64,000 nt of DNA from Octopus sinensis (lineage: Eukaryota), in NCBI RefSeq assembly GCF_006345805.1, contig NC_043000.1:67146001-67210000 (forward strand). Direction: 5' to 3'. The number at the start of each line of letters is the position of its first letter. Position 1 is the stretch's first letter. Both the position numbers and the translations under genes were made by a program. Positions 39,207 through 51,174 of this stretch are shown here, in pieces. The notes beneath the pieces were generated by a model that was given only the letters and a program-made list of their open reading frames with translations, was not told the origin of the DNA and did no database searches.

Positions 39207-39959
39207 ATGTATTTTTTCAAACACTCATACACTCACGTGTGTAAGTGTGCGCTTGCTTGCATGCATACATGAGTGCATATAATGCAAAATGGAAACTGGT
39301 GATCAAGTTCCGTTTGTAGCGATTTATTGAACCGAACGAGTTACGTATACTGCCACGCAGGGAATTTAAGGACCGTGCTCACGCAATATTTGATAGTTTA
39401 TCTCCTAAAAGTACTAAGACCTATTAATAAATTTTAGAATTTAACAATCCTAATATTAACACATGTATGGATTCCTCTGTTGGTATGCGAGCGCACGTGT
39501 TGTTGGTAGGTTGTGTAGACCGTTAGACAAGATACTTGATGGTAATCAGATTGTTCGCGTTTCTTTACTGTGTGAGTTGTAATTCCGTCTACGTCGGTAC
39601 TTGCCTTGAATCGATCCAGAGGCCGACAAAGAAAATATTTCTCAGAATGCCAACAATCAAGTGCCAACACTAAAAATACATAAAAGAAAAATATACAAAT
39701 AAATTTACCCTTGTATGACAATTGTATTAAGAAACGTTTCGCACTATATATATATATATATATAGGTAAGCAAACAGGTAGGAAAATATGCTCATATTGC
39801 TTAGCTGTACAGATAAATATATGCACGTCTGTTTGCATGGCTGTACGCACGTCTGTCTTTATCAGTCTCTCCCCACTCTCTGTCTGACATTTCTTGAAAT
39901 TCATCGTTTGTGGTTTTCAACTGGAGAGAGAGCACTACAATAGAGCTTTGAATAAATAC

Positions 39960-40190
39960 ATTACTTTTACTTTTTTTTTCAGTCAATGGACTGCGGCCAC
40001 GCTGAGGCACCGCCTTGAAGTTTTTAGTCGAACAAATCAACTCCAGTACCTTTTTTTAAAGCCTACTAGTTATTCTATCGAAGTGTTATGTTACACGGAC
40101 GTAAATGAACTAAAACCTGTTCTCACGCGATAATGACACATACAATGGACCGCTTTCAGTTTCTGTGTACCAAATACATACATGGTGTGT
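39960..40190 (-). mobile_element. Partial, degenerate OK-like SINE
   Basis: GACTGCGGCCACGCTG..GCACCGCCTTGAAG...GTCGAACAAATC...CTTTCAGTTTC. Confidence 0.6.
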
Positions 40191-40197
40191 GTGCGTG

Positions 40198-40199
<2 letters not shown>

Positions 40200-40230
<31 letters not shown>

Positions 40231-40298
40231 GTATATATGTATATATATGTATATGTATATATATGTATATGTATATTATGTATATGTATATGTATTGT

Positions 40299-40332
<34 letters not shown>

Positions 40333-40382
40333 ATGTATATGTATATATGTATATGATATATATATATATGAATATGTATATG

Positions 40383-40431
<49 letters not shown>

Positions 40432-40446
40432 GTATATATATATATG

Positions 40447-40491
<45 letters not shown>

Positions 40492-40530
40492 ATGTATATA
40501 TATATATATGTATATGTATATATATATATG

Positions 40531-40561
<31 letters not shown>

Positions 40562-40567
40562 GTATAT

Positions 40568-40612
<45 letters not shown>

Positions 40613-40767
40613 ATGTATATGTATATATATATATGTATATGTATATATGTATATGTATATATGTATATGTATATATGTATATGTATATATGTATATATAT
40701 ATATGTATATATATATGTATATGTATATATGTATATATATATATGTATATGTATATATATATATATG

Positions 40768-40805
<38 letters not shown>

Positions 40806-41264
40806 GTATGTATATATATATGTATGTATATATATATATGTATGTATATATATATGTATATGTATATATTATATATGTATATATTATATATATATATGTA
40901 TATATATATATATGTATATATATGTATATGTATATATATATATATGTATATATATGTATGTGTATATATATATATATGTATATATATGTATGTATATATA
41001 TTATATATGTATATATATATATGTTATATATATGTATATGTATATATGTATATATAGGTATATGTATATATATATATGTATATATATATGTATATATTAT
41101 ATATGTATATATATATGTATTATATATATGTATATATATATATGTATATATATATATGTATATATATGTATATATATGTATATATATGTATATATATGTA
41201 TATATATATGTATATATAAATATATATATGTATATATATATATATAAATAAATAAATAAATAAA
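40200..41264. repeat. About 1.06-kb (TA)n/(TATG)n satellite ending in (TAAA)n
   Basis: Read directly from the sequence. Confidence 0.95.
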
Positions 41265-41733
41265 GCAAAAATGCTAGTTCTAAAATCTTCACAGATCAAT
41301 GCAGTAGTTGTACTGACAAGTAATATTCGTAGCCACTTTAACATGGCTGTCCGTTCGAACGGACTCTACTACGATTTTTTTAAACCCAAAGGGCATCTCC
41401 TCTAGCTGGTTAATGATGCACAGCTGCTTCCGATAAATTGCGAGCAGGGGAGTGAACTTCTACCACATTCTAACGACTAGACCAGTTCTGGTTTCGGGCT
41501 ATTTCTGCCACTCATCAGTACTGGATACCTCGTCTGCTAGAAATGGTAGTTGCTCACTTCTGCTCGCAGTATACATATTTCGAGTGAACACACAGCTGCT
41601 GATTTTGCAACAAGCAAAAATGCTAGTTCTAAAATCTTTTAAAGAAATCAACGCAGTAGTTGTACCGACAATTGATAGTTGTAACGACTTTAACATGGCT
41701 GTCTGTTCGAACGGACTCTACTGCGGTTCTTTA
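41265..41733 (-). mobile_element. Retrozyme-like unit: 349-bp period, ~120-bp terminal direct repeats, central hammerhead in a long hairpin
   Basis: GCAAAAATGCTAGTTCTAAAATCTT starts at both 41265 and 41614. Imperfect inverted repeats at 41439-41465 and 41544-41568 enclose a hammerhead core. Confidence 0.65.
41470..41535 (-). ncRNA. Type I hammerhead ribozyme
   Basis: Minus strand: CUGAUGA (41518-41512), stem II G(U)GGC/GCCC, GAAA (41495-41492), stem III ACCA/UGGU with a GAAC loop, GUC cleavage triplet (41482-41480). Stem I is UA/UA plus ACGA/UCGU across an internal loop. Confidence 0.75.
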
Positions 41734-41858
41734 ATATATTATATATAGTGTGTGTGTATATATATATACGAGATAGAGAAAGAGAGAGTGTCTGTTCATA
41801 CGTGTGTGTGTATATATGCATGTATATATAATATAAAATGTTAGAAAAGGCCGGTTTA

Positions 41859-41899
41859 TTGGGATTACCTTTGGTTTCACGTCCATCATCAGATCCCAA
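41859..41899 (-). ncRNA. Minimal type I hammerhead motif with a degenerate stem II
   Basis: Minus strand UUGGGAU-CUGAUGA-uggacgu-GAAA-CC-aaa-GG-UA-AUCCCAA: perfect 7-bp stem I, 3-bp stem III, GUA triplet, unpaired stem II. Confidence 0.55.
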
Positions 41900-42079
41900 A
41901 ACCTGTTGGATAAGGCATCTCAATCTCTTATAGTCTATGTATTTATGTACACCACACACACACACACAATATATATATATATAATATATATATATATATA
42001 TACACACACACGATGGGCTTTTTTTAGTTCAATTAAATTTACTCAAAATGCTTTGATCGTCCAGAGGTTAGACACTTAA

Positions 42080-42133
<54 letters not shown>

Positions 42134-43000
42134 GTGTGTGAGAGAGAGAGAGAGAAAAAGAGGGGGAGATAGAATTTATGTGGTGTGTGTAATTATGTGT
42201 ATAAAATGTGTGTCTACACACTCCTACATAACTTTGGTGATCTCTTTTTCTTTCCGTGTCAGTCTGTTTCTTTCTGTCTTTGTCTACCCCCTCTCTTTCT
42301 CTCTGTAATAGACCCTTGTCTTGTATTTCACTTATTTCAAATTAACTTCAATATTTTATGTTCCAGATTTTAAATTTCCATGAAATATTTTTACTGGTAT
42401 TCGGAAATGACCTCAAATACTATGAAGGGCGTTAGCTCTCGCTATCTTTTTTTTTTATGCAACTAGGTCATTGTGTAGTGACACAGAAATCAAAATAATT
42501 TAGCTTTATCTGAACATGAATTTCAGAAAAGTGAATAAATCGTTCAAAAGTAAATGAAAAAAATGAAACAGGTTTTTTTGGTGCAAAATGAGAAATATTT
42601 TGCATTACACCTCAACATTGTATGACATGAAATAGTTTTTTATATTGTACTTTCTATACTGAATTTAAATACCAGGAAATGCATATTAAAATCTTCTTTT
42701 AAATAAATAGACATTTAAAATATATTGACACGAAACAATGTGGCGAAAATAGATTACCCTTTTGATACTTAGAAGGGTTTTAGAAATAGTTTAAAATGTA
42801 AATCTTCAACACACATTTTTCAATTAGTGTTTTTCTGATAAAAAGTAGAAAATTTCTTGCACAACTTGGACTGAAAAATCTTAAATAATATCAAGGTAGA
42901 TTCACCATTCCAATTAACACGCGCAAATTAAAATTTGCAATGAGTATTGAAACTTCATACTAAAAAAGTGACCATCAGAATGATATATATGTGTTTGCAT

Positions 43001-43034
<34 letters not shown>

Positions 43035-44169
43035 GAAATATGAGATAATCTTAGATATACATTGCACAAATATTTCTTTTAGATGATAACTCACTATTTA
43101 ATTACATTGAATTTAGATAATTATGTACGAATACACAATATAACTCACTTGCTTCTAACTCCATGTATAATAATGGACGTAAAATTTGCTCCACGCATAT
43201 CAAGAATGTTTATAACAAACTAAATTTAAATTATTTTGTAAAATATACTTTCTTATCTATACTCATACATTTTTTAAAGACTAAAATTATACAGAATTAG
43301 ATTTATACATCATAAATATGTACACATATGTGTTCTCTCAGAAATATTACTTACATTACTTACCTCTGATCTCTCGTTGTACGTGAGTCAACTGAGATTT
43401 TTCCCTTATAACTTAGAACAAATATATTTCCCATAGTGCTTATGGTCGGAAGTAAGAACTTTACGCCTATTTTAAAAATATTCACTTTTTACCTATAGTT
43501 TTTGATTAGTTAGCTGTTTAAAATCAATTCAAACAATTGTAATTTTCAACAAACTGATCAAAAATGAAACAAAAAGCAGAATAACTTGAATCTTTGCAAA
43601 TTAATTTTCTGACGGGGGATACATGGCATGTATAGTTCTTATTGGATTTATACTGTAACGTTTGAACTATTCTGAAATCGTACTTCCACAATTTTTCGAT
43701 TCTTAAATTCATTTGCTATTATTTTGTCTTTCCTGGTGTTTTCATACACCTCATTTGATATCAAATAATTATCCTATTTGTCTTCAATACCCTTGCTTAT
43801 TTTAAAAGCAGAACATTTTCTTGTTACACACGTAGTAGTTATATCTTGTTGATTGTCTCTGAGTGTGGTTAAATGAGTTTGTAAATTTCATCTATTGTCG
43901 TATTTTCTGTTGACTATGCGATATATTTATCAGCACAGCGTAAGGTTTGCTTGCGCCAATAAATGCAAATACTTATTAATTTGCAGACGACCAACAGAAT
44001 AGTAAGGGGAATACTAGTACATAAACCCAACATAGATTTCAATCCTGTAAACTGTGTATTACCCGGAGCGGAGTTTTAAACCACATTTTAAGCAGTTTGG
44101 ATCTCACACTCTGAAGATGACCTGCTAAAAGATCTTGAATTGGCTTCACGTATGATATTTGCAGTAGTC

Positions 44170-45330
44170 ATCTCTGTTGAGTCGAGACCAATTTGCTTGT
44201 TATGTGTTCAGAAAGTTCAGAAAATATCGAGCACTTCAGTCTGGAGGACAGCTTGAAGAAAACAAAAGGTCTTCATCAACCCATATCTCATGAATGTTAC
44301 CACATTTGCTGCATTTCCATTGGTAAGTCAGAGGTAAAGACAGTTCATCAGTTCAACTACTTGGTGTACAGTGGGCATCATTTCATCAGATGCAATGATC
44401 GACAAAAACTCAACAGACTGGCAAAACAATAGAGCATTTGGTAGATTGTACATAAATGTCTGAAACTGTAAACCTCTTTGGAAAGACATCAAGATCAGCG
44501 TGTATAGAAACTTTCGAGTGATCTCCTGCTGTATGGCTCCGGGCCATGAATTACCTACCATCATTACCGAGGGCACTTTGAGCTCGTCCCCCGGCGCTGC
44601 TTTCGCGCTATCCTCAATATCAACTGGAGTAATTTCAATGCTGATGACTCTGTTGCTGGTAACTTCGTTACCTATATGGAAATCTTCAGTCAGATGGATG
44701 TCACAAACAAGGTCATGCTGCACAGGGTAGGGCAAATTTTCTGTGCTGCATAATGAACTATCCAGTAGTCACCATGTAACATGGGCAACAAATGTATAAG
44801 GGCACTCTGAAGAAATCCTTTGGTGTCTGTCATATTTATCATTACCGGTGGATTGCCATTGATTTCAATCAGGAGGTCTGGGGGCACAATATTTACCAGG
44901 CGGCGAGCTGGTAGAAACGTTAGCACGCCGGGCGAAATGCTTAGCGGTATTTCGTGTTTTTTACGTTTTGAGTTCAAATTCCGCCGCGGTTGACTTTGCC
45001 TTTCATCCTTTTGGAGTCGATAAATTAAGTACCAGTTGCGTAATGGGGTCGATTTAATCGACTGGCCCCCTTCCCCCAAAATTTCGGGCCTTGTGTCAAA
45101 GTAAAAAAGAATATTTACCAGGCTCCTTCCTTAGAGATCATACGCAAAGGTGATATCGAAGACAAAGTATAATAATGGAAAAGTTTGACACACTAGCACC
45201 TAACCTAGCGCAGAATTTCTCTTGTAGCTACTGCAGCCACATCTGACTGTTCAGTATTAAAATCTTCAACCAATAGCTAGCAAACATATAATGGGCGTAG
45301 ATGGCTCTCGTCATGAATTTTCCTTGCTAA
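44170..45330 (+). mobile_element. Degenerate RTE (BovB-like) LINE 3' fragment
   Basis: SLKKT..LHQP...ISIG.SE.K.VHQF.YL, IKISVYR, LLYG, RCFRAILNINW, YKGTLKKSF and a C-terminal CS.C; frameshifted. Confidence 0.75.
44899..45109 (+). mobile_element. Full-length OR-like SINE with a target-site duplication, inserted in the RTE fragment
   Basis: TSD AATATTTACCA at 44888-44898 and 45110-45120 (14 bp including the shared GGC). Head GGCGGCGAGCTGG, B-box GAGTTCAAATTCC. Confidence 0.9.
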
Positions 45331-47494
45331 CCTATGATTATGATGGAAAAATTAGCTGTAAAGGTTTGCTTTCGTAAGATTTTCAACTGGAGTCAATATT
45401 TCCTGATTTTTAATTAGTACATTCAACTTGAGATTTTCCCCTTCCTGTGTAATGTTTTCCACAAATGGCAGTTACATATGTATGTATACATGGCTACTTG
45501 TTAAGACGGTTTCAAAATTGCTTAAAAACATGTTTAAAAAGAAATTGGGCAAAGTTCGGTACACATTGAACTATACTTTCCTGAATCTGAAGTGAATATG
45601 ATAATTATCTCATTTTCCAAATCATGAGAAAAATAATATGTAAAACATTATACGAAAATTCCATTACAGAACATAACTAAGGAAAGATAGTTTCACATGC
45701 CTCATCAGTACATTGTTAGTACTTCGACAGAGGGGGATTTAGATTTTTGCTGAATATTTCTAATTTTATTTTGTTAAAAAAATATTATGATGTATGCATA
45801 AATTGTTTATATTCATATAGAACTCGTTGTCATGAAAACCGACTTGAACACTTAACATTTATGTGACAGGCTTGGAATCAAGTATTTGAAATGCTAACTC
45901 ACGCATATTGATTTGTCAGTTAGACACGTGAGGATTGACCCCAAAGGACAAAATGCAAAACCGATTCCAGTGGGATTTTAACTTTGAAAGAGAGAGCTAC
46001 ATATTCAATACCGAAAAATACTCACCAGCTCCCTTCTTTACATTTTAGTTCTGTTAATACATTAAGGACGATGGAGGGTAGAATCAGTAGAATCCCAAAC
46101 AAAAATGTCTTCCAATATTTGAACAGGGCCAGAGCTGGCCGAACCATTGGTTGGTCTTTCCGTTCTGCATTCGACTTTGCCTTTCATCTTTTATGAGTGG
46201 ATGAGATAAGTACCAGTTAAGCACTGGAATCAATGTCATTGACTTAACTCTCTCCACAGAAACTGCTGGGGTTGTGTGAAAATTTGAAACCAATATTTGA
46301 ACAGGTCTTCGAGATCAACTTCTAGAAGTGTTGACTTTGCTTTTCATCTCTCTAGGGTAGGTAAAACATGTTCCAGTAATGAATTGGAGTCGACTAGATC
46401 GAATGAGCTCCCGTCTCTATAAATGCATGTCTTGGCACTAATGTAAGAAATCAATATTGATTTAACATTGTTAATTTAGAAAACATAAAGCTGATGAATG
46501 CAAGTAATGAACGTAAGCCTTGAGATGGACGAAGTTTTAATAATAATCATTATTCTTAGGTTTGTCCTATTTATAGAAATTACAGTGTTATTAAATTCAT
46601 ATTAGAGATTCCAATGCTTTTAGCATTGGAATTTTTGATATCAAATTCTGTTAAATGATCAATAAAGTACGAGCGATTTGTTTGTGTCGAGTTAAGTGAC
46701 TTCCTACAGAAAGGGCTTGTGTTTAAAGGATTGTTGTTGCATAGTCGCAGATCTGTCCTGACTAAGTAGATGTGTTCCAGTTGTGATTATCACCTCTATT
46801 ATTCAGTCATTGTATTTATGATACCATGTTATTCAAATGTAATAGATATCAACTTGTTTATGACAGTAAGTGGAATTGAAAGGAAATTTGGTTATTACAA
46901 GCAGGTCGAGCGATCATGTGGAGGCTCCTTTAAGCTATCGGCGACGATGGGCATCCATGAATATGAGCAGTTTAATGCAAAACAGGTTGTAGTATACACT
47001 AACCATTATATATATCTCATCGGAATAACGGTCTCAATATAATAGCGAGGTGGCAGATTGATATGAGGTTAAATATTTCCCCCCCCCCCCACACACACAC
47101 ATATATATATATAATGTGTGTGTGGTAGCTATTTGTGATAACTACATCAAAATGAAGCAAAGTAAAATTATCTGCCCCAAAATGCAACGAACTTCCAGCA
47201 ACGATTTTGAAATCCTACCTCATTGCAGTTAGTCTAATATCCTATCCACAAAGTCATGTCACTTCTGCATAGATTGTGCTTACTAAAAGTTACTCAATAA
47301 ATGGTGCTTTCTGTTTATGGTCTAATACACAATCATCCGAAATTATAGTTCACCTAATATGTTACCGGTCATATGGAGGATAACGTTTGGAAACATACGT
47401 TTTACATGTGAATAATGTCCAGCAATGATAGAGCTACCATGATAATAGTGAAATTTTCAAATTTTATTTTTATATAAGATAATGGAATTAATTG

Positions 47495-48760
47495 AGTCTG
47501 CGTCCACCTCATTTATGGCTAGTATTATATCTTCATCAGCAATGTCGATGTAATCCGTCGTAACTGCCTCACTGAGACGGTAAAGAAACCCACTGGTTCG
47601 TTCGTTCACTTGTCTGTGTTCCAACGGTGTGGTAAAGACACTTTTGAATTGGTCATTCGGTACCTCACTGATCTTGGTTGTGTTATCTGTGTGGTAGCCA
47701 TCCTTTTGGAAGAGGGGTCCAATTTTGCAGCGTACTGAGGCTGTTTTTTGGCATAATGAAATGAAGTCTTTGGGTTTGACTTGATATTTTTTTATAACCC
47801 AGGTTTCTTTGTCTGCTATAACCTACACAAGATTGTTGTAGGCTTTTTTCAATCTCCATCAGTTTTGTTTTTAAGCGGGACCTTTCACTACTTTTGGGAT
47901 TGGTTGAAGCGATTTGCAACCTTCGTCCGTCGTTTCATTAGGATCTTCCTCTCCCTTAGAACCTTGTTCCTTTTTGTGTTGGCCTTCTGCTCTGGGACAT
48001 TTTTCTGGCATACGGTTTGCATAAGACACGAACTATTCTAGTTTCATGCCAATGTCCTGTGTGGAGAGACATTTCGGCCAGTCCTGGCTGAAGATCTCTT
48101 TTTGGATCGATTTCCAGTCTGCTTTGTGGAAGTTGAGATTGGAAAGATTCTGGGTGCTTCCTTTAGGCTGTATGGCTCTGGCTACTTTGGGTCCATACAT
48201 AGCTCTATTATGTTGTGATCCGAAACTAATGTCAGCGTCACTTTCACATAATGAAAGAAGTCCATATTGTTTGTGAAGCAGAGATACAAAATGTTAATCA
48301 CCCTAGTTGGTCTGAGCACAACATACTCCATGAATAGAGCATTGGCGAGGTTGAGTAGGGACTCCATCTGTATTTGTTTGCAATGAGTCATTCCTGAGGG
48401 CATGAGGCCTACGGGCTATTTAACATTGGGGAATTTGAAATCACTCATAAGAAACACACTTGCAAGATGTCCCAGTTTTATGAGGATTACTTTAATTCTT
48501 GTGAGGCAATCTTTAAATTGGCCTATGTGGTTTGGAGCATCCTGTGGGCAATATGTATTGCATATGACTATATTGTGTTGTTTTATGTATATAATTAGAA
48601 TGTTACATACTGTATTTGTGTATGACAGTTCTATGCATAGGGATTGATTGCATGTAGCGAAGTGTTTCAGGAAAAACATTTTGCTTTTGCTGTTGCGATG
48701 CAACAGGCCTCCAATATTTAGTAAAAATATTGGCGTGGCGGCGAATTTATATATAGGTTG
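47495..48760 (-). mobile_element. Degenerate CR1-clade LINE fragment (APE endonuclease and linker)
   Basis: LLNIGGL, SDFKFPNV, PTR..NIL.LCFT, SDHNII, EIEKSL. About 70% amino-acid similarity by eye to 51175-52010. Confidence 0.8.
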
Positions 48761-48795
48761 ACGTTCCTATATACAAATAACATATATAAATATAC

Positions 48796-48851
<56 letters not shown>

Positions 48852-48867
48852 ATGTATATAACATATA

Positions 48868-50482
48868 CAGTTGCGGCCAAAATGTTCAGAACGGCATTGT
48901 TTTTGTCAGAAAAGTAAGTATAAGTTTTTATCAAAGTTGTTTTATATTCTATAATTTTCACAGACAATAAATACAATATTAATTGTTATTGTCTGAGATG
49001 TTGGTGTAATTTGAGAGGATAATACAAACGTTATGGATGATTTAGTGATTCACTGCAAAACCCATGGCGGCCAAAATGATCAGAACGGTTGAAAAAATAA
49101 TCGAAAATGACGGAGAATACTGGAATTATTTAATATTTAGTGTGAAGCCCTTTAGCTTCAATCACACTCTGACATCTTCGACTGCATGAGGAAATTAAAT
49201 TTTCAATTTCTTGCTGGGTGATCTTATTCCATTCTTCCTGAAGGACATTCCATAATTGCTCAGTTGTTTTAGGATTTCTGGCTTTCGAACGTTCTCCTAA
49301 AATATTCCACACATTTTCAATAGGATTGAGATCTGGGCTTTGAGCTGGCCAATTCATAACAATAACCTTTTCAGCCTTGAGGAAGTTCATGACCACCTTA
49401 GCCTTGTGACATGGGGCATTGTCCTGCATGAATATGGATGGTCGCTTAGTTGAATTTCTCAGCACAGGCAAGACATGATCTTTTACAAGTTGTTTATACA
49501 CTCCTGCATTTAACTTTCCATGTAATCGCACCACAGGGCCCACACCATCTCCAGATATCATTCCCCAAATCATGACACTTCCTCCACTGAATTTAACACT
49601 AGTCTTAAGGCATTTAGGCGACAATCTTTTACCTATTTTTCGACGAACGTACCTTTTCCCATCTGAGCCAAATAACATAAACTTAGATTCATCACTGAAA
49701 TGCACCGTTTGCCATTTTTCTTGAGACCACAACACATGTTCGGTTGCAAAAGTAAGACGACACTTTTTTTCTTGGAGCTGATCAGTGGCTTCACTGCAGG
49801 TGCTCTTGCTTGTAGGTCATGTTCAACTAAACGACGAGACACAGTTTTTCGAGAGATCGTTTTCTTTAATACAATGCTCATTTTCCGAGAAACAGCAGCA
49901 GCAGTTTTAAATCTGTCCTTTTTAACCAACTTTACCATAGCACGATCTTCACTCTTGGTCGTTTTTCTTGGCCTACCTGTAAGCTTTCTTGCTTCACACG
50001 AACCACAATCAGCGTAGACCTTAAGAATACCATGTACAACACTTTTAGACTTGTTAACAATCTTTGCAATAGATCCAATACTTAAATTATCCTTCCTTCG
50101 AAGCTTAATAATCTGCTGACGAATTGGTAACGGAGTAAGTGGCATTATATTAACAAAGTACACAGCAAATATTCTTACTAATGTTTACGAACCGTCACGT
50201 AAACAAATTCAAAACATTAGAGTTCGCCAGTTAAATATGATAAAACACAGAGTAAAAGCAACCGTTCTGATCATTTTGGCCGCCATGGGTTTTGCAGTAA
50301 ATCACTAAATCATTCATAACTTTTGTATTATCCTCTCAAATTACACCAAAATCTCAGGCAATAACAAATAATATCGTATTTATTGTCTGTGAAAATTATA
50401 AAATATAAAACAACTTTGATAAAAACTTATACTTACTTTTCTGACGAAAACAATGCCATTCTGAACATTTTGGCCGCAACTG
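48868..50482 (-). mobile_element. Full-length Tc1-family DNA transposon with 224-bp IR/DR-type TIRs and a TA target duplication
   Basis: TIRs at 48868-49091 and 50259-50482 (about 10 mismatches), each bounded by a direct repeat of the form GCGGCCAAAATG(T/A)TCAGAA(C/T)GG. Flanked by TA on both sides. Confidence 0.95.
49130..50145 (-). pseudogene. Tc1 DD34E transposase, ~338 aa, broken by one frameshift in an A7 run (plus strand T 49764-49770)
   Basis: Paired-like HTH N-terminus, FSDESKF, VMIWG, FMQDNAPCH, WPAQSPDLNPIENVW (34 residues between D and E). No stop codons in the two overlapping ORFs. Confidence 0.92.
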
Positions 50483-50699
50483 TATATATATATATATATA
50501 TATTAAAATTTAAATCCACATTTTTGTCTATGTATCTACCTTCTCTTTTATGTTGCCACTTGATATGAATATTTTTGTATTAATGGAAAACCTCTATAAT
50601 TGGCTGATGAGTACTCGGCATTTTAAATCTGTTGTAATACTTACAACATTTAATGTAGTACGAAACGATCGTACCAAATTACCGGAGTCATTCTTGTTG

Positions 50700-50993
50700 C
50701 TTATTTTGATATATATATATATATATATAACATATATTTATATAACATATATTTATATAACACACACACATATATATATAACATATATTTATATAACACA
50801 CACACACATATATATATAACATATATGTATATAACACACACACACACATATATATATATAAATATATATAACATATATGTATATAACACACACATATATA
50901 TATAATAACATATATTTATAAAACACACACACATATATATATATTAATATATAGATATATATAACATATATTTATAAAACACACACACAATAT

Positions 50994-51037
<44 letters not shown>

Positions 51038-51088
51038 TATATTTATAAAACACACACACACCATATAATATATACATATATGTATATG

Positions 51089-51143
<55 letters not shown>

Positions 51144-51170
51144 ATATATATATATATATATATATATGCC
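50700..51170. repeat. Composite (TA)n/(CA)n minisatellite
   Basis: Repeated TAACATATATTTATA(T)AACACACAC units followed by long (TA)n. Confidence 0.85.
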
Positions 51171-51174
51171 TCTT

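Noticed and set aside
40133-41292. Long ORFs such as the 372-aa and 291-aa YI/CV/HT-rich frames here and at 57438-61280
   Set aside because: These are translations of (TA)n/(TG)n microsatellites that lack stop codons, not genes.
41265-41733. Direct repeats as a CRISPR array or retroviral LTR pair
   Set aside because: There are only two ~120-bp repeats, with no cas genes, no TG…CA ends, no PBS/PPT and no TSD, in a eukaryotic context.
45670-45720. Minus-strand CUGAUGA-N7-GAAAC…GUU motif
   Set aside because: Stem II is unpaired and stem I is out of register.
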